This document shows, one piece after another, positions 10,062 through 20,628 of a stretch of DNA of 64,000 bases. Under the pieces are notes generated by a model. It saw only the letters and a list, made by a program, of their open reading frames with translations. It had not been told where the DNA came from and searched no databases. Numbering within the stretch: position 1 is the stretch's first letter; each line of letters starts with the position of its first letter. Source of the DNA: Calditrichia bacterium (GTDB taxonomy: Bacteria > Calditrichota > Calditrichia > JAJRVZ01); NCBI GenBank assembly GCA_963796965.1, contig CAWCNS010000009.1, positions 640,001-704,000 on the forward strand, written 5' to 3'. Both the position numbers and the translations under genes were made by a program.

Positions 10062-11801
10062 ATGAAACTTCAAAGACAAAAAATGGTATATTTTTATTTA
10101 ATGGTATTTATTATAATTCTATCTGCATGTACGAAACCTTTAAACGAACAGTCAGAGCGACTGACCTGGTTCAAAGAGGCAAAGTTTGGCATGTTTATTC
10201 ATTGGGGTCCCTATGCCCGCCTGGCAGGGGAATGGAATGGCAGAAAAGTTCCGGTAGGTGAAAATGCCGAATGGGTGATGCAAAAATTGAAGATTCCACG
10301 TGAATCCTATCGCCAATTAGCCAGAGAATTTAATCCTATTCGCTTTAATGCAAAGGAATGGGTACAGCTGGCAAAATCCACTGGAATGAAATACCTGGTA
10401 ATTACATCCAAACATCATGATGGATTTGCTATGTATCATTCCGGGGTAAGTAATTATAATATTGTCGACTGGACACCATTTGACCGTGACCCGCTTATGG
10501 AGTTGAAGAACGAATGTCGGGCAGCTGGTATAAAATTTTGCATTTATTATTCACATCGGGAAGATTGGGATGAACCCTATGCCTATGGCAATGACTGGGA
10601 CTTCGAATTCAATCCAAAACAAAATCTGGCATTATTCGAAAACTATTATCTGGAAACAAAAGCAAAACCCCAGATCAGGGAGCTTATCCGCAATTATGGA
10701 CCCTTTGGTCTTATATGGTTTGACCGGGGATTATATACTCCTGAACAGGCCCGGGATTTTATTCAGCTCAGCCGCGAACTCCAACCCGATATTATTATTA
10801 ATGGCCGTGTTGGAAACTATGAGATGGAACTACAGGGTGATTATCAAAATATGAATGATAATGGTATGCCTGTTGGGGGAATTGAAGAATATTGGGAAAC
10901 ACCGCAAACCCTGAATGAAACTTGGGGTTATAGTAAGTTTGACACATTATGGAAATCTCCGCTGGAGGTGATTCGGCGCCTTGCTGAAGTTGTCAGTGCT
11001 GGGGGTAATTATTTACTCAATATCGGTCCTACTGGTGAGGGTATAATTCCTCAAAGATCCGTAGAAATACTGAACCAGGTTGGTCTCTGGATGAAGAAAA
11101 ATCATATTGCCATTTACGGCACTTCAGCAAATCCTTTCCCCAGGCTTCCATGGGGGACTTGTACGACCAAGGGAAACCGACTTTTTCTAATTGTCCTGCA
11201 ACCACCCAATGCGGGTAAAATTGAATTACCTGGTTTAAATAATGACATTATTACAGCTTATCCTCTTACTCAACCGGAATTGAAATTGGAAGTAAATAAC
11301 CAGTCGATAAGTCTCCCCCCAGCTTTTAAGCACAATGATGTGATCGTTGTCGACCTGGATGGGCTTCCTGATGTTGATCCACCTTTAATTCAGCCCAGAG
11401 AAGATGGAATCCTTCTACTTGACTATGTCTCCGCCCGAACTTTCAGTAAAGCCATCAAGCGCTTCAACCGTAAGGGGAAATTTCATATTTCTAAATGGCA
11501 GACACCTGAGGATTATGCCTCGTGGAATGTTCGTATATTAAAATCTGGAAATTATCAGGTATTTATGACTTATTCGGCCCAAGGGTCCTCTGCATGTAAA
11601 AAAGTACGCCTTCAAGCAAATGACAAAGCATTGGTAATCGAGCTTAATCCCACAGGTGAGGCCTATGATTATAGGCGTCATATATGTGGTGAGTTAAAAC
11701 TTGACACCGGTGATCAGACTGTTACGCTCCATCCAGGTCAGAGCGGACAAGAGGACCTGTTCTATTTCAAATCTTTGGAATTTATTCCACTGAATCCTTA
11801 A
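10062..11801 (+). CDS. GH29 alpha-L-fucosidase, lipoprotein with C-terminal carbohydrate-binding-like domain
   Basis: WFKEAKFGMFIHWG, ITSKHHDGF, IWFD (nucleophile), WETPQTLNETWGY, GGNYLLNIGP; lipobox LSAC. Confidence 0.92.
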   Translation: MKLQRQKMVYFYLMVFIIILSACTKPLNEQSERLTWFKEAKFGMFIHWGPYARLAGEWNGRKVPVGENAEWVMQKLKIPRESYRQLAREFNPIRFNAKEWVQLAKSTGMKYLVITSKHHDGFAMYHSGVSNYNIVDWTPFDRDPLMELKNECRAAGIKFCIYYSHREDWDEPYAYGNDWDFEFNPKQNLALFENYYLETKAKPQIRELIRNYGPFGLIWFDRGLYTPEQARDFIQLSRELQPDIIINGRVGNYEMELQGDYQNMNDNGMPVGGIEEYWETPQTLNETWGYSKFDTLWKSPLEVIRRLAEVVSAGGNYLLNIGPTGEGIIPQRSVEILNQVGLWMKKNHIAIYGTSANPFPRLPWGTCTTKGNRLFLIVLQPPNAGKIELPGLNNDIITAYPLTQPELKLEVNNQSISLPPAFKHNDVIVVDLDGLPDVDPPLIQPREDGILLLDYVSARTFSKAIKRFNRKGKFHISKWQTPEDYASWNVRILKSGNYQVFMTYSAQGSSACKKVRLQANDKALVIELNPTGEAYDYRRHICGELKLDTGDQTVTLHPGQSGQEDLFYFKSLEFIPLNP

Positions 11802-11971
11802 AGCATATGACTCTTTTTGAATCTTTTTCGGAAAACCTGATGGCGTTCAAATGATTCATCCTGTTCAGACATCCATATCCCAGCGCCGGAAATAGAGATC
11901 CTGGCAAAAGATCGGCAAAGTTTTCTATTCAATTTCAGGTAGTTGCAGAGTAGGAAATATAGTATTGATTC

Positions 11972-12197
11972 CTAAGCTTTTACTAACTCGTGCTTTTCAA
12001 TATAATCGGAATTAATATCAACACCTAAACCGGGACCTGTTGGCACTGTAACAACACCACTTGCACTTGAAAGTGTTGAAGTTTTACATTCTCTAAAGGT
12101 ATTTCTTTATTAAATCCTTTAAACTCATGAAAGGGGCCAGCATTTGGAATCGCCATTGTTTCTTCATACCAATCAAATGGAACCAGTTCTTCATAAT
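11972..12197 (-). pseudogene. Deleted and frameshifted remnant of a mandelate racemase-family paralogue
   Basis: Reads YEELVPFDWYEET / AIPNAGPFHEFKGFNKEIPL / (frameshift) CKTSTLSSASGVVTVPTGPGLGVDINSDYIEKHELVKA*, collinear with the C-terminus of 14589-15854. Confidence 0.8.
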
Positions 12198-12254
12198 CCG
12201 GCCCAGGGCAACACAAGCTTATCTGCGAGTGCCCAGAGCCCTATACCTTAGATC

Positions 12255-14388
12255 TTACTCCACCAATGTGAGTATCGCCTCCTGCAACGGAGATATCCCA
12301 AGTTCAACCGCACGTTTTCCGGGGCTGGCTGGTCCAATATATATCTTGAATTCACCCGGTTCCAGAATCGACTCGCCATCATGATTAACAAGTAGCAACA
12401 TCTCTGGTGTTATTTTAAAATTGATTTTTTTGCTTTCACCTGACTTAAGGTGAATCCGTTTGAAGTCTTTTAATGCATAAAGAGGCGTTTGGACAGATGC
12501 CTCAAGGTCAGAAATATAAAGTTGAATAACTTCATCAGCATCAACGTTACCACTGTTTTTAACCTGAATCGTCGCGTTAATTTCTCCGGAATTGTTCATT
12601 TTCGCCTTGCTTAGTTCAATTTGGCTGTAGTCGAATGACGTATAGTTCAATCCAAAACCAAAGGGATACATGGGTTCTTTTTCCATATACCTATAGGTAC
12701 GTCCTGGCATGTTATAATCTTCATAGGGTGGTAATTGATTCAAGGACTTTGGAAATGTTATAGGCAAGCGTCCGGAAGGTGAGACATCGCCAAATAAAAC
12801 ATCGGCTACGCCATTACCTCCTTCCTGTCCGGGATACCATACAAATAAGATGGCATCGGCTATTTTCTCAACTTCCCTTAGATCTATTGGGCTTCCACCG
12901 GTAATAACCACGATGATAGGCTTATTATGTTTTGCGCGCATATTTTTTAGAAAATCGATCTGATTTTGAGGCAAATCCATATTTAAACGATCTCCTTTTG
13001 ACGGTGAAGCAATTGATTCCCCCTCCTCACCCTCCAGCAACCCGGAGATTCCCATAAAAGCTATTGTTATATCTGCCTGTGCAGCGGCATCGCTGGTCCA
13101 ATCAGCCTGATTAACATTTTCCCTGTCCAAAAGACAGCCCTGTTCATATTGGACAATTCCACCTGGGTTCACTTTTCCAATAATACCCTCCATCATTGTC
13201 ACCATGTGCTCATTTAGACCATAATAATTACCGAGTAGAACGTTTACAGATGTAGTTGTTGGCCCAACCACAAATAGGTAGTTAATGTCTTTATTTAAGG
13301 GTAGGATATCGTTCTCATTTTTCAGCAAAACTATAGATTTCTGAGCGGCTTCTCGTGCTAAGACCCGATGTTTTTCACAGCCTACCACATCAATAGAAAT
13401 CTTTGAATACAGATTATCTGCCTCAGGATCAAAAAGGCCCAATTTGAACCTGGTCGGTAAAAGGATTGTCAATGAGGAATCTATTGCCTCCTCAGAAATC
13501 AACCCATTTTTTACGGCAGCTGATTAAAAAGGGGTAGGTATTACCACAATCTAGATTTATACCATGTTTTAAGGCCAGAACAGCTGATTCTGCTGGATTT
13601 TTTGTTACTTTATGGTTTTCATGAAAGTCTTGTAAGGCCCAGCAATCGGAAACGACATGCCCTTTAAATCCCCATTTATCCCTTAATATTTCCTGGATTA
13701 GCTCCCTACTTGCACAGCAAACTTCATCATTAGTTCGATTATAGGCACACATAACAGCCTCAACACCGGCATTCACCAGGGCTTTAAAAGCAGGTAAATA
13801 AGTTTCGAACATATCTTTTTTAGTTGATTTGGCATTAAAATGATGCCGATCTCCTTCAGGTCCACTATGAACAGCATAATGTTTTGCACAGGCAGCCACC
13901 TTCAAATATTTGGGATGCTCCCCTTGTAATCCCTTTACAAATTGCACACCCAGGCGTGAAGTTAAAGTGGGATCTTCACCGTAGGTTTCTTGTCCTCTCC
14001 CCCAGCGTGGATCGCGAAATATATTAACATTTGGTGACCAAAAAGTTAATCCGCTATATTGAGCACGATTTCCTTTTTTTATTGCTGCATGATACCTTGC
14101 TCTTGCCTCATCAGAGATCGCAGAAGCTATTCGAATAACCAGATCTTCATCAAAAGTGGCTGCCAACCCAATGGCCTGGGGAAAGACTGTTGCACGACCG
14201 GCACGGGCAACCCCATGAAGACATTCGTTCCACCAGTTGTAGGCAGGGATATCAAGATGAGGAATTGCCGCAGCGTCATGAACCATTTGCGATACTTTTT
14301 CCTCTAAGGTCATGCGGGAAATAAGGTCTTTGACTCTTTCATCAATCGATTTAGTTATATCTTTATAGATGATATCATCATACAACAT
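12255..14388 (-). CDS. GH3 beta-glucosidase/beta-xylosidase (single ~710-aa gene split by a +1 frameshift near 13520)
   Basis: N-half has WWNECLHG, RDPRWGRGQETYGEDP, KHYAVH, VVSDC; C-half has SIVLLKN, WYPGQEGG, PSGRLPITF and an FnIII-like end. Deleting one base restores ...YPFL(I)AAVKNGLISEEAID...; SD GGAGG. Confidence 0.88.
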
Positions 14389-14588
14389 GAATAAATCCTC
14401 CCAGAATGAGATTACCTTTCCTGTGCTTAGGCCTTAAGTATTTTGCAAGTCTCTAAACTGTAAAACAATGCGAGGTACCACATTGAAGAGTTCATCTAAA
14501 AAGCGCCTTTTTCACTTCTTCATTTGCTAAAGGGCTGAAAGACATCATTTTTTTATCATGTGCTTTATATATGATTACTTTTTATCGG

Positions 14589-15854
14589 CTAGGCTTCAAT
14601 CCTTTTATGTTTTGATATGAAATCCGGATCAATTTCAATGCCCAGCCCGGGACCCGATGGCACCGTCACAACACCATCTTTAATAGTTAAAGAGGATGTC
14701 GAACATGTCAGAGGAATTTTTTTATTGAATCCTTTGAACTCATGATAAGGCCCTGCATTGGGAATGGCAGATACAAAATGCATCATATAAAGATATCCAA
14801 TTCCTGATCCTGATATATGAGGAATACATAGTAAACCCTGGTCATGGGCCATCTTGGCAACTTTCATGGAGCGAATCATTCCACCAAAATAGAACATATC
14901 AGGCTGAACAATTTGCAATGCCCGATTACCGATCAACCAGCGAAAGTTTCTCATGCTGGGTTCTTGCTCACCTCCTGCAATTGGAATAGAGAGTGCTTTA
15001 GAAACAGCTCTTGTCTCCTCATACCAATCAAAGGGAACCGGCTCCTCATAAAAATCAATTTTATTTTCTTCTAGGATTTTCCCAATCCTAATTGCTTCAT
15101 CAACAGTATAAGATCCATTGGAGTCGGCATAAATTATCATATCATCTCCAAAAGTTTTTCGGACTAAGGGGATTAGCTCTTCTGTCCGTCTTGGTGGATC
15201 ATCATAATTATTTCTCATTCGACCGCCAATTTTAAATTTTAACGCTTGTGCCTGGGTCTCTTCTACATTCTTCTTTATTAGCTCAATTGATTCTTCAGCA
15301 CTTTTGCCACGGTAATTATTGGCGCGATATACTTTAATGTTGGGATTTTGAATCATTCCGATCAGTTGACCCAACGACTTTCCGGAAATGTGGCCAAGCA
15401 TATCAAGAATTGCAAATTCAACCGTAGCAACTGGGATCCACAGAGCAAGATTTTGCAATTTATAATTGCTTTTATATAGATATACTTCTTGTAGCAAGAA
15501 TTCTAAATCTCTTGCATCTTTGCCAATAAAGAAAGGTTGTATTCGTATTACCATAATGGGATAAAGAGAGAGCATTTGTGCATTGTTACTGACTGAAATC
15601 CCTTCTGCTCCATCACGTGAGCGAACCTGACAGATAAAATTATTTTTGTAACGCAAAAGTTCTAAACTCTCAATGATTACAGGGGATTTGAAAAGATCCT
15701 TTTTAAGTACGTCTTGCTTGATTGCCTGATCAATATTTCTATATTTATGAGCCTCATTTTTTTCTGATGATTCGTTACATGATACAACTGATATGGAAGC
15801 TAAAGCACTTGCATTAATACTCGTTTTCAAAAAATCTCTGCGATTATAATTCAA
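14589..15854 (-). CDS. Mandelate racemase/muconate lactonising enzyme family (acid-sugar dehydratase-like), Tat-exported lipoprotein
   Basis: Likely TTG start at 15854 with SD AAGGAG; NRRDFLK; VVSC; KFKIG, DSN, EEP, GE metal ligands; GPGLG. Confidence 0.88.
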   Translation of the reverse strand: MNYNRRDFLKTSINASALASISVVSCNESSEKNEAHKYRNIDQAIKQDVLKKDLFKSPVIIESLELLRYKNNFICQVRSRDGAEGISVSNNAQMLSLYPIMVIRIQPFFIGKDARDLEFLLQEVYLYKSNYKLQNLALWIPVATVEFAILDMLGHISGKSLGQLIGMIQNPNIKVYRANNYRGKSAEESIELIKKNVEETQAQALKFKIGGRMRNNYDDPPRRTEELIPLVRKTFGDDMIIYADSNGSYTVDEAIRIGKILEENKIDFYEEPVPFDWYEETRAVSKALSIPIAGGEQEPSMRNFRWLIGNRALQIVQPDMFYFGGMIRSMKVAKMAHDQGLLCIPHISGSGIGYLYMMHFVSAIPNAGPYHEFKGFNKKIPLTCSTSSLTIKDGVVTVPSGPGLGIEIDPDFISKHKRIEA

Positions 15855-15971
15855 AACGATTCTCCTTCCATTCAAAGATAATTTCCCTGACGGTCTTTAT
15901 ATTAAACATCGTCCTCTCTTTGTTTCCTCAGAATTCTTAGTGAAAGAGGACCATTTATTATTTTGAAAGGG

Positions 15972-16955
15972 TTACCACAGATAATGCACATCCGGTCGGA
16001 TATCCTTATTATATATTTCTCTTACCTGATCCATCTTTATCATCGATAAGTGTGGTTTTTCACTTACAGAAAAATTCTTGTTTGCTTGAAAGATCGTTTT
16101 GGCACCCGGTATTGCACACGTAATCTCATCAAACATGAGGATCCAGCGCAGGGCAAATTGAACCATGTCCATATCTTCGGGACAAATTTCTTTCAGTTTC
16201 TCAACGGTGGCCAAGCCCTTTACAAAATCAATCCCTGAAAAAGTCTCGCCACGATCGAAGGACTCTCCTTGTCGGTTAAAAGCACGATGATCGTCTACCT
16301 CAAACTCTGAGTTCGGTGTCAGTTTTCCAGTTAGCAATCCGGAAGCCAGAGGTACTCTTGCCAGGATCCCAACCCCTCGCCGTTTTGCTTCTTTGAAAAA
16401 CAATTCCGAGGGTCGCTGCCGGAACATATTAAAGATAATTTGTATTGTTTGTACATTGGGATATTCAATCGCTTTTAGCGCTTCTTCTACTCTCTCAACA
16501 CTCACACCATAATGTCGGATTTTTCCCTCCTTGATCATGTCGTCTAAAATACCAAATACTTCCGGGCTGTAATAGACGTCCATGGGTGGGCAATGAAGTT
16601 GCAGGAGATCGATGGCCTCCAGATTTAGATTTTTTAAACTTCGATCAACAAAGGCATTAAGATTTTTTCGATTATAGCCATTCGCGGTGTGGGGTGACAG
16701 ACGGCGGCCAGCTTTGGTAGCTACGTATATTCTTTTATTACTTTCCCTGACCACCTGAGCGATAAGTTTTTCGCTACGACCATCTCCATATACATCTGCA
16801 GTATCGATGAAATTTACACCCAGCTCTATGGCACGCCGCAATGCTGATAACGAGTCAGCATCATGAACGGTGCCCCAGCTGCCACCAATTGCCCAGGCGC
16901 CAAAACTAATTTCTGATACCTGCCACCCTGTTCTTCCCAATTCACGGTATTGCAT
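15972..16955 (-). CDS. Aldo/keto reductase
   Basis: YRELGRTG..VSEISFGAW, DTADVYG, ATK, DLLQLH, PLASGLLTGK, IPGAK. Confidence 0.93.
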   Translation of the reverse strand: MQYRELGRTGWQVSEISFGAWAIGGSWGTVHDADSLSALRRAIELGVNFIDTADVYGDGRSEKLIAQVVRESNKRIYVATKAGRRLSPHTANGYNRKNLNAFVDRSLKNLNLEAIDLLQLHCPPMDVYYSPEVFGILDDMIKEGKIRHYGVSVERVEEALKAIEYPNVQTIQIIFNMFRQRPSELFFKEAKRRGVGILARVPLASGLLTGKLTPNSEFEVDDHRAFNRQGESFDRGETFSGIDFVKGLATVEKLKEICPEDMDMVQFALRWILMFDEITCAIPGAKTIFQANKNFSVSEKPHLSMIKMDQVREIYNKDIRPDVHYLW

Positions 16956-17141
16956 TATAAATATATCCTTAATTTTTTTAAGCGTAAACGATTTGTTTTT
17001 TCAAGTATGATTAATTTGAATAGTCACATTATTCCAGAAGCAATAGATCAATTTGCCTAAAATTGTAATAATTTTTATTATAAGTATCAAATAGCTAATT
17101 TTAGATAAAACTGATACTTAATAATAATTCTGGAGAGATAA

Positions 17142-17441
17142 TTGATACGTCACACAGTTGTATTTAAACTCAAACATGCCATAGGATCTCCTGCCGAATT
17201 AAATTTTCTTCAAACAGGAAAGCAACTGGCAGATATTCCAACAGTCAGGAACTTTGAATGCCTTCGGCAGATTAGTAAAAAAAATGATTTTACTTATGGG
17301 TTCTCTATGGAATTCGATTCCGATGACGATTACCAAAACTACAATGAACATCCTTTTCACTTGGAATTTGTTGAAACACGATGGATTCCTGAAGTGGAAG
17401 ATTTTATGGAGATTGATTATGAACCCTACACTGCTGATTAA
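17142..17441 (+). CDS. Dabb-family (stress-responsive A/B barrel) protein
   Basis: MIRHTVVFKLK...FSMEF...YNEHPFH...IDY; TTG start with SD GGAG. Confidence 0.85.
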   Translation: MIRHTVVFKLKHAIGSPAELNFLQTGKQLADIPTVRNFECLRQISKKNDFTYGFSMEFDSDDDYQNYNEHPFHLEFVETRWIPEVEDFMEIDYEPYTAD

Positions 17442-17444
17442 TAA

Positions 17445-18566
17445 CTACCACCCATGAACCCTTGGCCAGATTTCTGAAACAACTTGAGAGTCATTAACAA
17501 CATGATACCTATCAAACATCGTTGCCGTAGCACAGGAATGGTTCGGTAAAATTCTGACCATACTTCCAATGGAGAATTGCTCCCAATTAATATCTAAACC
17601 ATCACGATGGATAATAATACCATGTTCCTGACTGGTGGCAGACACAATATAATCACCTATTGGGTGACCATTCACATCGCATACGAGACCATAACCTTGA
17701 TCCGAGGTCCCCAGGTCACGGGAAAGTGCCGTCCAGCCAGAATCAATAATTACCCAACCCTTATTTTTTTGGTGGCCAATAACTGAAGCCAAAACAGATA
17801 CAGCAATATCTTCTAGGGTACAAACTTCTAAACCGGCCATGACCAGGTCCATAAACATGTAAACACCAGCACGTACTTCAGTGATTCCCTGAAATTCTTC
17901 AGCAAATAGTGCCGTCGGTGTGGAACCGATACTAACTAACGGACAGGGTAAATTACTTTGCTTAAATCGTTCCGCACATATAAGAGCACTATCACGTTCC
18001 ATTGCTGCGACAGCTTTTATTTCTTCCGTATTTTTGCAGTGATAGGAAGTACCAGCATGTGTTAGAACGCCCTTTAGATTAATATTTATTGCCTGATTCA
18101 ACATCCGGGCAAGATCGACGAGTAGTTTATCATTCGGTTTAATCCCTGACCTTTGTCCATCACAATCAACTTCGATACACACAGGAATCTGAATATTGTG
18201 TTCGCCAGCCTTTTTTGAAACTGCCTCGGCTTGTTCGAATGAATCGAGGATAATGGTAAATTCACATCCTTTATTTATCAGATTTACTACTCTCTCAAGT
18301 TTAATAGGAGCAATACCAACCGCATATATGATATCTTTTATTCCATGGCTAAAATAATATTCGGCTTCCTTAAGGGTTGATACGGTAATTCCTTGCGATA
18401 CATCAGTTAAACACATCTTTATCACATCAATATTTTTGGCAGTTTTTCCATGGGGACGTAGTTGAACGCCCATTTTCTGAATTCGATCATTAAACTTTTT
18501 AATATTATGATTAAGCTTTTTCTTATCCAGGATCAGGCAAGGTGTTTCTAATTCAGTGAGATTCAT
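17445..18566 (-). CDS. DSD1-family fold-type III PLP enzyme (D-threonine aldolase / D-serine dehydratase-like)
   Basis: TPCLILD, PLP lysine motif RPHGKT, THAG, GSTPT, EVRAGVY, QEHG, PNHSCAT. Confidence 0.88.
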   Translation of the reverse strand: MNLTELETPCLILDKKKLNHNIKKFNDRIQKMGVQLRPHGKTAKNIDVIKMCLTDVSQGITVSTLKEAEYYFSHGIKDIIYAVGIAPIKLERVVNLINKGCEFTIILDSFEQAEAVSKKAGEHNIQIPVCIEVDCDGQRSGIKPNDKLLVDLARMLNQAININLKGVLTHAGTSYHCKNTEEIKAVAAMERDSALICAERFKQSNLPCPLVSIGSTPTALFAEEFQGITEVRAGVYMFMDLVMAGLEVCTLEDIAVSVLASVIGHQKNKGWVIIDSGWTALSRDLGTSDQGYGLVCDVNGHPIGDYIVSATSQEHGIIIHRDGLDINWEQFSIGSMVRILPNHSCATATMFDRYHVVNDSQVVSEIWPRVHGW

Positions 18567-18604
18567 TTTATTTCCATATATTTTTTAACATAGAAAATCC
18601 AGAG

Positions 18605-18730
18605 CAATTAAGAATTAAAAATTACAGACAAATGAAATATTTTAATACCCATTTTCTCTCGTTCAAATTCATAATTCTAAATTCTCAATTTTTGTGTACT
18701 TTTTTGACTTCTTTACGAACTTTGTGTTCA
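18605..18730. repeat. 7-nt periodic inverted arms plus a 9-nt arm
   Basis: caatta agaatta aaaatta ... aaattc ataattc taaattc tcaatt, then tttgtgtact...ctttgtgttca. Confidence 0.45.
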
Positions 18731-18811
18731 AAATCAGATATACGATTAAGTAGATTATTAGAAAAAAGATAAAATACTTACACCAAAATCAAAAATCTGA
18801 AACACTCTTTT

Positions 18812-19192
18812 TTAACTATTTACTGCTGATATGGCATCAACCTCAATCTGAAATCCATAATGAAGATCTCTTGTTGGAATAATTGCCCGGGCAGGGTGAT
18901 GTTTGCCAAAAAATTTGGCATAGGTCGTATTAACCCGGTCCCATAGAGCGATATCCGAAATATAAACCGTCACTTTTAAAACCTGCTCGATACCACTGTT
19001 TGCTGCCTTGAGAATGGCCGCGATATTTTTTAATACCTGCTCCGTTTGCTCTTCAATCGGACCAACTTTTTTTTCTCCACTCTTCGGATCAATAGGGACC
19101 TGTCCGGAAACATAAACAATACCATCATGTTCAATAGCCTGGCTATAATGACCCGCTGGTTGCGGTGCATTTGCTGTTAATATTTTTTTCAT
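18812..19192 (-). CDS. ridA: RidA/YjgF enamine deaminase
   Basis: GHYSQA, YVSGQVP, VLKVTVY, PAR (catalytic Arg), IEVDAI. Confidence 0.9.
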   Translation of the reverse strand: MKKILTANAPQPAGHYSQAIEHDGIVYVSGQVPIDPKSGEKKVGPIEEQTEQVLKNIAAILKAANSGIEQVLKVTVYISDIALWDRVNTTYAKFFGKHHPARAIIPTRDLHYGFQIEVDAISAVNS

Positions 19193-19288
19193 TTTAATCC
19201 TTCTGTTTTCTTGGACTACACAGATTCTAGTTTTCTATATGAATACGGTTAGAAATTGGAACTAACAATCAGATTAAATTATTTTTTA

Positions 19289-20425
19289 TCACGGCTTACT
19301 GATTACTGGAAACTTTATAACCTCATTGTTACTTTGTGATTTATAAATTGCCGTGAACAGTTCAACCGTCTGTCTGCCCTGAACAGCCGGAACCATCGGC
19401 TCACATTCTTCTATAATGGCTTTAAGAAAATCCTCCAATTGTAATTTGTGGTAATAATTCACGGCATTTACTGACTTAAAGAAATCGTCATCCTCTTTTT
19501 GCCATTTTTCCAATAATTCTGCTTCTCCGGGAATTGTCCATATATCATTAATCGGCGCTTCTTCAATATCGGACATGCCGGCAATAAACATGGCCCCACC
19601 ATCCGTTTGAACACTGACTGTTGCCCCATTACTGCCAAAAACGGTTACTTTACCATATAAAGCCGGATTTTGAGAATTGCTGACAATGATATTTCCTAAG
19701 GCACCATTCTTAAACTTTATTATCGCCAGGGCAGTATCATCAACTTCAATATAGGGATGATTCAAATTTCCCCAACGACCATACAATTCATCAATTTCAC
19801 CCATATACCACAAGAGCAAATCCAACTGATGGGGAGCCTGGTTGACCAATACACCGCCCCCTTCACCATCCCAGGTTCCCCGCCAGGGATCGCTATCATA
19901 ATAAGACTGATCCCGCCAGCCATACATGGTCACCATCCCTAGAACAGATTGACCTATTTTTCCCTGATCAATTGCTTTTTTTAACCTTAATGAAGGATGA
20001 TATAAACGCCGTTGACTGATCATCGCCAATTGTCGGTTAGCATCACTTGCTGCCGCCATCATAGCATCACAATCCTCAAGGTTGGAGGCTAAGGGTTTTT
20101 CAACAATCACATGGGCGCCGGCTTGTAAGGCAGGAATTGCCGAGTCCGCGTGGTTTGGATGGGGGGTACAAATGACAACAGCATCAATTTTTTCTTCTGA
20201 TACCATTTTCTCAACATTTGTATGGGCCACTACGCCATATTCTGATGCAAATTGATGACCTTTTGCCTCAGAACGACTGCAGACCGCTGTGAATTCTGAT
20301 TCAGCAATATTTTCAAGTGCTCTCGCATGAATATGAGCGACTTTTCCACAACCAATGATAGCCGTTTTGAGTTTAGTACTATCCATTCTTTTCCCCATCA
20401 GGATTTCTTTGGGCGTTTTCTTCAT
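19289..20425 (-). CDS. Gfo/Idh/MocA-family oxidoreductase
   Basis: IIGCG, TPHPNH, VEKP, GGGVLVNQAPHQLD. Confidence 0.92.
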   Translation of the reverse strand: MKKTPKEILMGKRMDSTKLKTAIIGCGKVAHIHARALENIAESEFTAVCSRSEAKGHQFASEYGVVAHTNVEKMVSEEKIDAVVICTPHPNHADSAIPALQAGAHVIVEKPLASNLEDCDAMMAAASDANRQLAMISQRRLYHPSLRLKKAIDQGKIGQSVLGMVTMYGWRDQSYYDSDPWRGTWDGEGGGVLVNQAPHQLDLLLWYMGEIDELYGRWGNLNHPYIEVDDTALAIIKFKNGALGNIIVSNSQNPALYGKVTVFGSNGATVSVQTDGGAMFIAGMSDIEEAPINDIWTIPGEAELLEKWQKEDDDFFKSVNAVNYYHKLQLEDFLKAIIEECEPMVPAVQGRQTVELFTAIYKSQSNNEVIKFPVISKP

Positions 20426-20519
20426 GGTTAAGAGAATTAAGACCTATCTCAGAGGTACTACAATTTATATATATTTCAGATCTATATGATTATTAAAAAG
20501 TAATAAATTTTAGGTAGCA

Positions 20520-20576
20520 GTCATTCTGAACTTGTTTCAGAATCTATTAAGCAGGATCTGAACTAAATTTTCATGC
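20520..20576. repeat. GTCAT-tagged REP-like palindrome (copy 3, degenerate second half)
   Basis: GTCATTCTGAACTTGTTTCAGAATCT...GATCTGAACTAAATTTTCATG. Confidence 0.65.
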
Positions 20577-20628
20577 AGCGTTCATTGGAAAGGGGATCTT
20601 GGATCGTGGCTTTATTGTTCGCCTTTTA

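Noticed and set aside
11810..11960. Possible aldo/keto reductase N-terminal relic (ALGYGC on the minus strand)
   Set aside because: Match is too short and needs a frameshift; cannot be supported by eye.
12255..14388. Two-subunit GH3 or programmed ribosomal frameshift
   Set aside because: No convincing slippery site; one-base removal gives a normal GH3, and the site matches the AGCT error pattern.
14420..14550. Short ORF-like or leader sequence upstream of GH3
   Set aside because: No recognisable family, riboswitch or attenuator structure.
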